Shown in pieces: positions 35,331 through 44,042 of a stretch of DNA of 64,000 bases. The notes beneath the pieces were generated by a model. The model did no database searches and was not told the origin of the DNA. It worked only from the letters and a program-made list of their open reading frames with translations. Position numbers and translations under genes: made by a program. The first letter of the stretch is position 1. Every line of letters starts with the position of its first letter. The stretch covers positions 1-64,000 of IMG/VR virus record IMGVR_UViG_3300029908_000004; one strand, given 5' to 3'.

Positions 35331-35933
35331 TTAATTCTTTAACACAGCCCAAGCGTTTACTAATGTTTCAAATGTTTCTTCTACCCTAGTAATCTTAGAA
35401 ACTCTTGGTACTTCCTTAAGATCTTTTATAGCTTCCTCATGGGCTAGCAAAGCTTCTAGTAGCCTCTGATCAACTTCAGAACGCCTGTCAAGTGCTATTA
35501 CCTCTGGCTTCATACCTCTATCCATTGCTAGATTAGCTAATGAATCGGCATGTTTATTCTGTTCTCTAGGTACCCACTTCAATGTAAGATTAACTCCAAG
35601 CTTCTTCAGCTTGGCCATTCTAATACGGGCTGCTTTGTATAGCTCTAATAAGTCTACACTTTTAACATTCCAGTTACCGCTCAGTTGCTCGATTATTAGC
35701 TTGGAATCAGAGTGAACTACAACAATATTATAGTTCATTTCTATAGCATAATCCAGAGCTCTAATAAGTGCTGTGTACTCGGCATAGTTATTACTTTTAT
35801 CTTTAAGATAGTCGCTCTTCTCAAGGATACAAGTCTTCTTATTACCCTCTACAAGTATACCTGATACGCCTATCCCTGCTGCTCCCGGGTTAGCTCTTGA
35901 ACCACCATCACAGTAGAGCCAAAGCTCAGGCAT
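35331..35933 (-). CDS. rnhA: Ribonuclease HI
   Basis: YCDGGSRANPG.AGIG...NNYAEYTAL...HSDSKL...WVPREQNKHADSLAN. Confidence 0.93.
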   Translation of the reverse strand: MPELWLYCDGGSRANPGAAGIGVSGILVEGNKKTCILEKSDYLKDKSNNYAEYTALIRALDYAIEMNYNIVVVHSDSKLIIEQLSGNWNVKSVDLLELYKAARIRMAKLKKLGVNLTLKWVPREQNKHADSLANLAMDRGMKPEVIALDRRSEVDQRLLEALLAHEEAIKDLKEVPRVSKITRVEETFETLVNAWAVLKN

Positions 35934-35952
35934 CTTGTACCTCTACTTTCCT

Positions 35953-36026
35953 TGGAGAGATGTATCGGGTTCGAACCGATGATTACGCGTTGGCAACGCA
36001 TTATTTTGCCCCTAAATTAACATCTC
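35953..36026 (-). tRNA. tRNA-Gly(GCC)
   Basis: ATGCG-TT GCC AA-CGCGT; U73; CCA. Confidence 0.8.
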
Positions 36027-36282
36027 GTATCTGTTCTACACTAAACTTAGATTTAAGGCGTATGACACCCTCTAAATCTGTAGTAAATTTAAAGAAGATC
36101 CCACGTCTATTCAATTTATCTATTAGGGTATCGATATGTATTTTACGAGATTCATCATCCCCACCAACATGGCTTATTACATCACGTAATGTACGTATCT
36201 CATCATAACTAAGTACAATAGAATAGAGTTCTACATTAGAATCAGCCTTAGAACGGAAGATATTTATCCTTGTACTCTTCAT
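36001..36282 (-). CDS. Tandem paralog family (RINIF...VGG...R) member 1
   Basis: LRDVISHVGG; similar to the ORFs at 36331 and 36533. Confidence 0.6.
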   Translation of the reverse strand: MKSTRINIFRSKADSNVELYSIVLSYDEIRTLRDVISHVGGDDESRKIHIDTLIDKLNRRGIFFKFTTDLEGVIRLKSKFSVEQIRDVNLGAK

Positions 36283-36330
36283 GATTAAGCCTCAGTGAAG
36301 TATATGGAATCCTTCATATCCTCTCATCCA

Positions 36331-36555
36331 CTATTGTAGATACCACTTTGAAATTCGTATGTTATCAACATACTTCCTACGACTTGTAATAGCAGACCCA
36401 CCAACAGACCCCAGTATATCACGTAATACTTGCGCTTCTTCGAAGTTGAGGGTTATAGTGTAGTAGGTTGTTTCATTAGGTATGCTTATACGAATGGAAT
36501 TGAATACATTTATTCTTATATGTTTCATAATGTTACCTGAAATAAATAGCGCCAA
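36331..36555 (-). CDS. Tandem paralog family member 2
   Basis: RINVF...LRDILGSVGG...SRRKYVD. Confidence 0.55.
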   Translation of the reverse strand: MALFISGNIMKHIRINVFNSIRISIPNETTYYTITLNFEEAQVLRDILGSVGGSAITSRRKYVDNIRISKWYLQ

Positions 36556-36796
36556 AATCCATATCAGATCTTCTGCGTCCGACGTTATCTTTTATTCCAC
36601 TTGCGTCAAGGCTTCTTAGTACCTCATCGGCATAGCACCTTCGAGTGGTGCGAGGGCCGCCGACACTCATTAAGATATCAAACAAAGTCTCAGCTTGCTT
36701 AGTATTCAACTTCAGTATAATAGGAGCTTCTTCTTTCACAGGTCTATTATTCTGCAAAAATATATTCAATCTATCGGTTAAATGTGGATTTTCCAT
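36533..36796 (-). CDS. Tandem paralog family member 3
   Basis: RLNIF...LFDILMSVGG...TRRCYAD. Confidence 0.55.
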   Translation of the reverse strand: MENPHLTDRLNIFLQNNRPVKEEAPIILKLNTKQAETLFDILMSVGGPRTTRRCYADEVLRSLDASGIKDNVGRRRSDMDFGAIYFR

Positions 36797-37029
36797 TTGT
36801 GTCCGTTTTTACAAGAACCAACCTTCGTTTTGGTTTGACATACGACTTGTGGATTCGTTTCAGGACGAGCTGGGTTACATGATGCGGGGGACTCACTTGG
36901 ACAATGAGGACAGTAGCTAACTATTCTCATTCTACCTCTTGCTCCTCCCGGGGAACTATGCGCTCTACCATTCATTTGTTTCAACTTACGTTTCGTAACC
37001 GTTGAATGTTTAACTACCCCTGCTGCCAT
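36778..37029 (-). CDS. Small Cys-containing hypothetical protein
   Basis: CPHC...C...CKNGH. Confidence 0.5.
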   Translation of the reverse strand: MAAGVVKHSTVTKRKLKQMNGRAHSSPGGARGRMRIVSYCPHCPSESPASCNPARPETNPQVVCQTKTKVGSCKNGHKWKIHI

Positions 37030-37056
37030 ATTTTCCTTCCCTGTGTTAAGTCATAC

Positions 37057-37191
37057 GGATATAGTTTGAACAAGATGTTTTTCGATGCTACCATTACACC
37101 AAGCTGGCATAAATTATTAAATGGTGCCAGCCCTGGGATTTGAACCCAGACCCGTTCGTTATGAGTGAAGATAACCTTGCTCTGTCGACCC
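37057..37191 (-). ncRNA. YrlA-like Y RNA 1 (permuted tRNA-like domain)
   Basis: GGGTCGA-N8-GGTTATC, then T arm CTGGG-TTCAAAT-CCCAG, acceptor GGCTGGC/GCCAGCT closed by a loop, D arm GTGT-AATGGTA-GCAT, and 3' CTTGTTCAAACTATATCC pairing with the 5' end. Confidence 0.85.
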
Positions 37192-37214
37192 GTATGATTT
37201 GAATTTAATGATGA

Positions 37215-37348
37215 GGATATGGGGTGGAATTGGGTAAGCCTTTCGGCTGACGGATGTTCTACCATTTGAACTACATCCACTCGATTGAATGGAAGATTGG
37301 ACTCGAACCAATAACATTCTGTTTGAGATAACCAATTTCTATCGACCC
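37215..37348 (-). ncRNA. YrlA-like Y RNA 2
   Basis: GGGTCGA-N8-GGTTATC; ATTGG-TTCGAGT-CCAAT; acceptor hairpin; GTTC-AAATGGTA-GAAC; 3' CCAATT...ATATCC. Confidence 0.85.
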
Positions 37349-37359
37349 TCATCTAATAC

Positions 37360-37824
37360 TTATTGTGTAGCTTCCTTTTCGTTCCTTGATGGTGAGGTGC
37401 ACTCCTTGCGCGTGTTGGCCACCATCTCCTCGTACATGTGACCAAGCTGCTCTGATTCTTGGGCATGAGCTTCTGCCACTTCATCTACCACTACAGCTTC
37501 TGCCTGTGGTTGAGTACGTGGTGTCTTCAGCCAAAGAAGAGCAGCTTCCTGCGTACGCTGTGGGAACTTATCGTAACACAAGATTGCAGAAAGGATATTT
37601 ACTTTGATATCCCCTTCAACCTTTACAGTATCAGAGAGCCAGCTACCATTGGTCAGTCTTGATACAGCGATATGACGCCCCAACTTCTTGTTGAAACAAT
37701 CCTTTGGGTTGTGTGTGGAAACGGCGAAGATAGCTTCGTCTTCGGTCTGGGTATAAGCAACGCAAGCAACGGGGAAGCGATTCTCGTTGCGAAGAGAAAA
37801 TACCTTTACTGTTGGTTCAGTCAT
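37360..37824 (-). CDS. Conserved phage hypothetical protein
   Basis: 154 aa with SD; FAVSTHNPKDCFNKKLGRHIA motif. Confidence 0.65.
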   Translation of the reverse strand: MTEPTVKVFSLRNENRFPVACVAYTQTEDEAIFAVSTHNPKDCFNKKLGRHIAVSRLTNGSWLSDTVKVEGDIKVNILSAILCYDKFPQRTQEAALLWLKTPRTQPQAEAVVVDEVAEAHAQESEQLGHMYEEMVANTRKECTSPSRNEKEATQ

Positions 37825-37846
37825 ACTACTTCTCCTTTGGGGTTAA

Positions 37847-37920
37847 TGGTGGGACTAGGAGGAGTCGGACCTCCCTCGACGAATTAAGAATCCGCTGCAT
37901 GGCCGATGTGCTATAATCCC
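37847..37920 (-). tRNA. tRNA-Lys(CTT)
   Basis: GCGGA-TT CTT AA-TTCGT; CCA. Confidence 0.85.
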
Positions 37921-38119
37921 TTATTGTTTAGTCCTGTACTGCTATCACGTATTCTAAGAGACCTATTAGATCCTGAGCTATGCTTTTTAGCATAGCGGCT
38001 CCAACAACATCTCCTTTTTCTCGTAAATGTTTATCTAACAGCTCAAATCCATTGACAAACATTTCCGCTTGAGCTTCTGCTTCTTCTTGGGTTAACTCTG
38101 GCATATCATATCCTTTGTA

Positions 38120-38197
38120 TGGTGGCTAGAGAGGGAGTTGAACCCCCGACACACGGATTTTCGGTCCGCTGCTCTACCGAGACTGAGCTATCTAGCC
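38120..38197 (-). tRNA. tRNA-Phe(GAA), C33 variant
   Basis: GCGGA-CC GAA AA-TCCGT; CCA. Confidence 0.9.
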
Positions 38198-38380
38198 ATA
38201 TTTAAACTACGATTTTCTGTTAAGGAATCGTTCTAACACTACGAAAATAATGAACATAACTAATACTAAAACAATAGTCATAATTACCTTTATGTATTAA
38301 GTCTTATGTTGTAGTAGTTATAGTACAGATTCTGGATGGGCCTGAGGTCTAGAATTTATAACTACAACTACTACAAGCTC

Positions 38381-38899
38381 TTACAAGCTCTGGCGTTGGG
38401 AGATAGGTACTGCTGAGTTACATAACCACAAAGGTAAGTAGTCTGTTATACCTACTAGCCTAGAACTTTCTATTGGTTCTGTACAAATAGCTGTTAGTAC
38501 TAGTCCATCTATTCCATATATCTTCGGATTCTGATCATGGAAGGCATGGATAGGTATAAAAGCTTTGTTTAATAATGTTACTACATGCCATAGTTCATCA
38601 CTATTTCTGGCACCTAGTATCACTGTTGTAATAGGTATTATATCATCGGCCCTAGAGAATTTCATTAAACTAATAAGTCCTGGAGCGATACCCTTCTTCT
38701 TTCCCTTAGTTCTAGCATTATGTTCTTGAACTCTATCTAGGGAAACTCTCATCTTAGATACGACATGAGCTACTTGAGCAGCCGCTCTACCCCAATCTTG
38801 AGGTATGGTTCTACGAATTCTACGTGTAGTAAGGTGAGAAAATATTTCTACTTGTACTGTCTCAGCAACCACTACTACTATTCTTTTCTCTTCTGTCAT
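38381..38899 (-). CDS. Peptidyl-tRNA hydrolase PTH2-like protein
   Basis: GRAAAQVAHV...VILGARNSDEL...HAFHDQN...LTAI...P...ITDYLPLW. Confidence 0.75.
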   Translation of the reverse strand: MTEEKRIVVVVAETVQVEIFSHLTTRRIRRTIPQDWGRAAAQVAHVVSKMRVSLDRVQEHNARTKGKKKGIAPGLISLMKFSRADDIIPITTVILGARNSDELWHVVTLLNKAFIPIHAFHDQNPKIYGIDGLVLTAICTEPIESSRLVGITDYLPLWLCNSAVPISQRQSL

Positions 38900-38901
38900 A
38901 T

Positions 38902-39111
38902 CTAATCCTTGAAGGAAGAAGGAGAGTCAGATATTATTATTTCTGTTGGTGGTTCTACAGGATAAGCATTTACCGCGTCAAGAATAAACTTCATTACATG
39001 ACTACGATCACAGGCAAGTCCAACTGGTTCTCCATCGGCTGAAATGATTTCCATTCCTTCTTGCTTCCATGGTCGTGGTGGTACCTTAGGTAGTCGTATT
39101 GTTCTACTCAT
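38902..39111 (-). CDS. Hypothetical protein
   Basis: 69-aa ORF. Confidence 0.5.
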   Translation of the reverse strand: MSRTIRLPKVPPRPWKQEGMEIISADGEPVGLACDRSHVMKFILDAVNAYPVEPPTEIIISDSPSSFKD

Positions 39112-39127
39112 AAATCCTTTGAAGTAA

Positions 39128-39156
39128 TGGCGGTAGAGAGGAGAGTCGAACTCCTA
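39128..39156 (-). pseudogene. Orphan tRNA 3' end (Ser-like, G73)
   Basis: TTAGGAGTTCGACTCTCCTCTCTACCGCCA, just downstream of tRNA-Ser(TGA). Confidence 0.6.
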
Positions 39157-39181
39157 AGTCCGGTTAGGGTACTATAGTTTA

Positions 39182-39274
39182 TGGAGGAAGCGGTCCGATT
39201 CAAACGGACGGACCCCATCATTGGGCATCGGAAGTTTTCAGGACTTCTGCATTAGTTCGCTCTGCCACGCTTCC
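39182..39274 (-). tRNA. tRNA-Ser(TGA), C33 variant
   Basis: GAAGT-CC TGA AA-ACTTC; long variable arm; CCA. Confidence 0.87.
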
Positions 39275-39397
39275 AATAACCGGTAACCTCTGTTTCTAAC
39301 TGAAAATTGGACCCCTCAGTTATGCGTCGGACTAGCTAGAACGAGTTGATGCTACGCCCCATCACCGGTTACTACAACAACTCTAATTACTTATAAT

Positions 39398-39485
39398 TGG
39401 AGGAAGGAGAGGGAGTCAGACTCTCAAGTCCCTTACGGGCACCCTGAGTTTCTAGCTCAGTTGGCTTATCGATGCCTACCCTTCC
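39398..39485 (-). tRNA. tRNA-Ser(AGA)-like, degenerate D and T loops
   Basis: CTGAG-CT AGA AA-CTCAG; long variable arm; GGAAGGG/TCCTTCC-T-CCA. Confidence 0.6.
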
Positions 39486-39859
39486 TTTAATTCTAATTTC
39501 TTACAATTACATTCATTACATGCAGAATTATCATAATTATGAGACCAATAGAAATGTCCACAAATACATGTGTCTATTCCTATTGACATGAATGGTGTTA
39601 TTTGATGAAGAAGCACTTGATCTTGTTTCAAGAACCTATATAGAGAAGATCGCTTCTCTGTTCGACATCTTTTTGCATTAGGATTAAGTATTGTATGCAT
39701 CAAATCTAACAAATCTAATCCTAATGTTCTAGAACCACAGAACTTTTTATCCTTACTAACTTTCTTTAACAAGTGTAAGGCTAAAGTATCCCTGTCCTCT
39801 TGTGGTAATTGTATACGCTTCTGACTATAAAAATTCGCTAATATCTCTAATCTTTTCAT
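39476..39859 (-). CDS. Hypothetical protein (paralog of the ORF at 40414)
   Basis: LALHLL...TILNP...LKQDQVLLHQITPF...CICGH. Confidence 0.6.
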   Translation of the reverse strand: MKRLEILANFYSQKRIQLPQEDRDTLALHLLKKVSKDKKFCGSRTLGLDLLDLMHTILNPNAKRCRTEKRSSLYRFLKQDQVLLHQITPFMSIGIDTCICGHFYWSHNYDNSACNECNCKKLELKEG

Positions 39860-40167
39860 GGTGTTATAGATGTTATCTTTGGTAGAGTTGGTAGTTCTCT
39901 AGGTGATAGTGTTGGTAAACAAGGTTCATGTAATACTAATGTGGGCTGGATAAGGAGCGTCTTGTTCTTAGAGAATCGTTTGTAATATTCGATCCAAATA
40001 GCAGCATCCTGATTGGAACTTTCTAAAGCTGCATCCCAAACAAGGCTACATTCAGCCCAATGTCCGTGCCCAACGAACCCTGTGACACCTTCCATCCAAA
40101 CCACTCTGCACTTATTTTTGGCGAACGCAGAAGAACATAGTAGAAGTATAATTAATAGTTTTTTCAT
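39856..40167 (-). CDS. Secreted hypothetical protein
   Basis: Signal peptide MKKLLIILLLCSSAFA. Confidence 0.6.
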   Translation of the reverse strand: MKKLLIILLLCSSAFAKNKCRVVWMEGVTGFVGHGHWAECSLVWDAALESSNQDAAIWIEYYKRFSKNKTLLIQPTLVLHEPCLPTLSPRELPTLPKITSITP

Positions 40168-40493
40168 TTACTAGACCCTATCTTACAATCACAACCAAAT
40201 GTTTCTGGTTGTGATACCTCAGTTATGAAGCGGTCTGGGGCTCTTCTTGGTTTATCACATACCGAACAAACTTTTCCTGCTCCACAACAATCCTCGCAGG
40301 TAGTGGTCTTACCATGACAGTAGACACACACTTTTGTTGGTGGGAGTAACACGTCTAACTCATCTACTTGAATGGCAAGATTATCCAAAGTAATCCATTC
40401 ATTTTTGTCGTAGTTAGCAGGCCTCTCTGATGTACACCCACGAGCTTTCCCCCATAGATGTACTACTAAGCTGTGCATACTTTGTTTGTTCAT
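40164..40493 (-). CDS. Cys-rich hypothetical protein
   Basis: CVYCHG...CEDCCGAGKVCSVC. Confidence 0.55.
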   Translation of the reverse strand: MNKQSMHSLVVHLWGKARGCTSERPANYDKNEWITLDNLAIQVDELDVLLPPTKVCVYCHGKTTTCEDCCGAGKVCSVCDKPRRAPDRFITEVSQPETFGCDCKIGSSK

Positions 40494-40926
40494 GAGGTTT
40501 CTCCCTAGAACCCAGACTTGATTTTGAGCTCTTCACACTTACCCTTGGCTTTACCGCGTGTTCACAACCAGTGCACTTCCATTTTTTACCTATGTAATCA
40601 TGATTAAAGGATATATGCCCACATTCACAATATGGATCGTAATCACATATGAAAGGGCTTAGTTGTCCTAATAACACTGGGTCGTCTTTCTTTAGCTGAC
40701 GGATAAAGTTAGATTGTTTAAATAATAAAACTTTACTCTGTGTTGGATCTAGTATAGCCCTCGTCGTCTCTGCTAAGTCTTTTATAGAGGCGTTGGTGTC
40801 CCAGATATGCTCGTTGGTTAAAGACCACTTGAACAAGAATAACGCTAAGGCTTCCCTAAGTGCAGTGTCCATTACTATAGTCTGTTTACTATAGTCTTCC
40901 ATAATTTGTTGATATTTAGATTTCAT
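40414..40926 (-). CDS. Hypothetical protein (paralog of the ORF at 39476)
   Basis: ALALFL...AILDP...LKKDDPVLLGQLSPF...CECGH. Confidence 0.6.
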   Translation of the reverse strand: MKSKYQQIMEDYSKQTIVMDTALREALALFLFKWSLTNEHIWDTNASIKDLAETTRAILDPTQSKVLLFKQSNFIRQLKKDDPVLLGQLSPFICDYDPYCECGHISFNHDYIGKKWKCTGCEHAVKPRVSVKSSKSSLGSREKPHEQTKYAQLSSTSMGESSWVYIREAC

Positions 40927-40936
40927 AATATATGTT

Positions 40937-40966
40937 TGGAGCTATCGAAGAGTCTCGAACTCTTGA
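40937..40966 (-). pseudogene. Degenerate tRNA 3' part
   Basis: AAGAG-TTCGAGA-CTCTT-CGATAGC-T-CCA with no matching 5' acceptor or D arm. Confidence 0.5.
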
Positions 40967-41006
40967 GTTTTATTTGTAGATTAAAATTGTAGCTGAACTC
41001 CCTCAA

Positions 41007-41270
41007 CTATAAAACCATTATCTTGTCACATTCAGCTTTGTTCTTTTCTTCTTTTAGTCTTGCATCTTCTACAAGGAATGGAAGATATAATCGTTCGGCA
41101 TATTCTAGCTTAGCATTTAGCTGGGCTATTTTGTAGTTGTACGCCTCTACTTCAAGGATATCCGGGCCTACTACACTCCATGCACTAGGATTATATAATT
41201 CTCTTATTTCTTTACGACAGTTAACTATCGTTGTTCCTAATTCTTTTCTTATTGATTCAAGTGTCCACAT
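41007..41270 (-). CDS. Hypothetical protein
   Basis: 87-aa ORF. Confidence 0.55.
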   Translation of the reverse strand: MWTLESIRKELGTTIVNCRKEIRELYNPSAWSVVGPDILEVEAYNYKIAQLNAKLEYAERLYLPFLVEDARLKEEKNKAECDKIMVL

Positions 41271-41277
41271 ATATGTA

Positions 41278-41301
41278 TGGAGCTGAGAGTCGTGATTGAA
41301 C
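41278..41301 (-). pseudogene. Orphan tRNA 3' end (Thr-like)
   Basis: GTTCAATCACGACTCTCAGCTCCA, downstream of tRNA-Thr. Confidence 0.55.
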
Positions 41302-41319
41302 GGACGCTAGCTTATAAGT

Positions 41320-41394
41320 TGGAGCTACCAGAGAGATTTGAACTCCCGATTGACTGATTACAGATCAGTTGCTGTTCCACTGAGCCATGGTAGC
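41320..41394 (-). tRNA. tRNA-Thr(TGT), C33 variant
   Basis: ACTGA-TC TGT AA-TCAGT; GCTACCA/TGGTAGC-T-CCA. Confidence 0.82.
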
Positions 41395-41426
41395 TAATAA
41401 GACTTTCCTTTTGGTGACCGGTGGGT

Positions 41427-41448
41427 TGGGGTGCATGATGGGAGTCGA
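41427..41448 (-). pseudogene. 3' fragment of the original tRNA-His
   Basis: TCGACTCCCAT-CATGCAC-C-CCA pairs at all 8 positions (one G-U) with the 5' fragment GGTGCGTG at 42278-42285. Confidence 0.8.
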
Positions 41449-41488
41449 TTGACACTTTCGACTAAGTTATTCTATACTATATAGTTAT

Positions 41489-42154
41489 ATGATAACCCTA
41501 AGTATGGAACAATTTACCAAACTAAATAGTCGCTCACCAGTAGAATGTAAATGTGAACAATGTAACAGTCTTTTCTACAGAGTAAAACATGATTTACAGA
41601 CAGCTATTCGTAGGAAAGAACCAATATCATTTTGTTCGCCGAAGTGTTATGGTTTATACAGAAACACTAAGACTACTGTCAAATGTTTATGGTGTAAGTC
41701 TGAAGTAGTTAGAATACCAACTACTAAGAATGTCTTCTGTTCGAGATCGTGTTCTGCAAAATATAATAACACACATAAAACATTTGGGACTAGAAGATCG
41801 AAACTTGAGAGATTTCTAGAAGAACAAATAAAATTATCGTACCCCAATTTGGAGCTTATATGCAATAGCAAATCAGTCATCGGTTCAGAGTTAGATTTCT
41901 ATTTCCCGAGGCTCAGATTGGCGATAGAACTCAATGGTATTCTGCACTACGAACCAATCTATGGGACAGATAAATTCTCTAAAATTGTTGACAATGATAG
42001 ACAAAAAGTTAGATTATGTGAAGCTATGGGTATTGAGCTAGCAGTTATTAATTCTTCGTCATGTTCACGCATGAGCGCAGTATTTAAAACTAAGTATTTG
42101 GGGATAACACGTGAATTAATAGACTCTGTTATTGATAGAGGAAATTTGGGGTAG
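41489..42154 (+). mobile_element. Antisense PD-(D/E)XK/Vsr-like homing endonuclease gene with zinc fingers (HEG4)
   Basis: ELDFYFPRLRLAIELNGILHY; CSPKC/CSRSC repeats; TTGACA-18nt-TATACT promoter at 41449-41478. Confidence 0.8.
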
Positions 42155-42221
42155 ATAGAGAGGTTCAAACTCTCGCTAAGGGAGCCACAGACCCTCGTGC
42201 TTTCATTACACTATACCTACC
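42147..42221 (-). tRNA. tRNA-His(GTG), replacement copy
   Basis: G-1:C73; AGGGT-CT GTG GC-TCCCT; CCA. Confidence 0.88.
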
Positions 42222-42244
42222 ATACTAAAAACTCCGTCGTCAGA

Positions 42245-42285
42245 GGTGCCACAGACCAGCGCCTCACCGTTTGGCTTCACGCACC
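42245..42285 (-). pseudogene. 5' fragment of the original tRNA-His
   Basis: GGTGCGTGAAGCCAAACGGTGAGGCGCTGGTCTGTGGCACC. Confidence 0.8.
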
Positions 42286-42288
42286 ATG

Positions 42289-43393
42289 TTAATATTTTGA
42301 AAGTTGTTCCATATTTCTATGTACTATTGACTTATTTGTTAGTTTAACATAACAGTAACCCGGATTACTGGAATAGTACATAACCTTACCTACCCGACCC
42401 CTCAGATTATCATTGTCACCTATGAGTATTACGTCATCACTAATATTTAGCTTGGGGAGTATTGGATTAGTCCAAATTATTATACGATCAATGTTATACC
42501 TTTTTGGCAATGGAACTCAAATATTCTATACAATCTTTGTCAAGTTCTACTGCGTATTGATAAGCAAACAAAGCTAATACGTGGGACAGCCTTTGTTCAT
42601 TATCAGTCCCTTCATGTCTTATAACTAAATCCCTTATACCGCCTCGCTTTAAGAAAGATTCTGCTTCTTTTATTAACTTACCTTCTAAAACTGTGGTAGG
42701 AAATGGTTCGCCTAGTCTCCACATATCTATCCTATATTCTCTCCAGAAATTCTTCTGGGACACAATATACCTTTGAATTAAAGAATGCATCATAGTACTC
42801 AACATAATAGTTACAATTTAAGTTGATTGGACCATTGTATGTAGGAGAGTAGGTACGAGAACATATAATCTTTACTAGTGAGTGTGATGGTATTTGTGTA
42901 TATCCTGTTTTCGTTAACGCGAAGGCACCATAACGAAAGGGTTCAGGCTTGATTAATATACATATCCTATCCATGGCACGCCCTCTCTAACTGTTCAGCC
43001 GCCACCAAGAGACACCTTCCTGTCCGTAATTCTTCAATCAAGAAAAGAATATTACTAATACTATCATTGAGGGGAAATTGTACTATAAAAATACTGCCTT
43101 TATTAGGTCCACTTATAAAAGTTACTGCTTCTCCAGCTTCCAGTTTGGTAGGTCTTGGACCATTATATAAACAAATTCTATCCATATCACAATCTTTCTA
43201 TATACTTAGATGGAATAATATACCTCTGGCCATTTCTTATGATTTCACAGCATTCATCATTTAAATATATGAGGCCCTTTAGATAAATGTCTGTTATTAC
43301 CCCAGTAAATTCATAGCCAGATCCTGCTCGTACGTTTACTCTAAGACCAACTTCAAGATTCTTCGGTATATGCCAGATACACATACGGTCCAT
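42289..43393 (-). other. Tandem array of small DRIC/DRMC-motif paralogs (42289-42510, 42732-42974, 42967-43185, 43187-43393) plus an unrelated ORF at 42494-42805
   Basis: N-termini IDRIIIW, MDRICIL, MDRICLY and MDRMCIW; SH3/KOW-like beta pattern; ends E(Q)LS/LERI/LERA/IERL. Confidence 0.65.
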
Positions 43394-43591
43394 AGCATGC
43401 CTCTGGTTACCTCTTTTGCAAGTCCTTAATCAGTGAGTTTAAGGCTTTATTCTCGAAGAAACCAGAAGGATCAAATTCTAGTTCAGCAACTGTGTCGTCC
43501 TGTAAGTAGAAGATTTGTGTCTTACCTTGGGTGTTCTTTACGATCTTGATATGTCCTGTCCATAGTGTCTGTTCATCCATAATTATCTCCT

Positions 43592-43667
43592 TGGAGCTAC
43601 CGCCGGGGATCGAACCCGGGACCTCTACTATACCAAAGTAGCACTCTACCGACTGAGCTACAGTAGC
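43592..43667 (-). tRNA. tRNA-Thr(GGT)
   Basis: CTACT-TT GGT AT-AGTAG; CCA. Confidence 0.93.
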
Positions 43668-44042
43668 TTATACTTCATTCCTTGATTCCAATTCGTCAAC
43701 AACAGTTCGTTCTTTATTAGCATGAACTGGCTTTTTATTAATCTTTACTTTATCTATATTAATCTTCTGAAGACAGGCTATTATTCGCTTCTTGTCTGAA
43801 TCAACTTTTTTCATAGCAGCTTCGACTTGTCCTTGTATCTTATTAACTTCAGACTGTCGCTGCTCCAGATTCTTCTCGGCTTGCGCGAAGCTGGCAAGTG
43901 CCCGTTTATTTTCGTAATCCAGATTTGCTATTTCACTTAAATGAGATTGGATACTATCCAACATTCTCCTACCCGTTGGATCGATGATCCTGTCAAGGAT
44001 TGATCCTTTCGCTACACTTTTCTTTACTATCTTTTTCATCAT
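43668..44042 (-). CDS. Coiled-coil hypothetical protein
   Basis: 124-aa ORF. Confidence 0.6.
   Translation of the reverse strand: MMKKIVKKSVAKGSILDRIIDPTGRRMLDSIQSHLSEIANLDYENKRALASFAQAEKNLEQRQSEVNKIQGQVEAAMKKVDSDKKRIIACLQKINIDKVKINKKPVHANKERTVVDELESRNEV

Noticed and set aside
35050-35352. 100-aa ORF as annotated
   Set aside because: Its N-terminal part is the tRNA-Gln(CTG) gene; only a shorter Cys-containing ORF downstream is plausible.
37014-37352. 112-aa ORF from the track
   Set aside because: It coincides with two YrlA-like RNAs, which explain the sequence better, and its composition is not protein-like.
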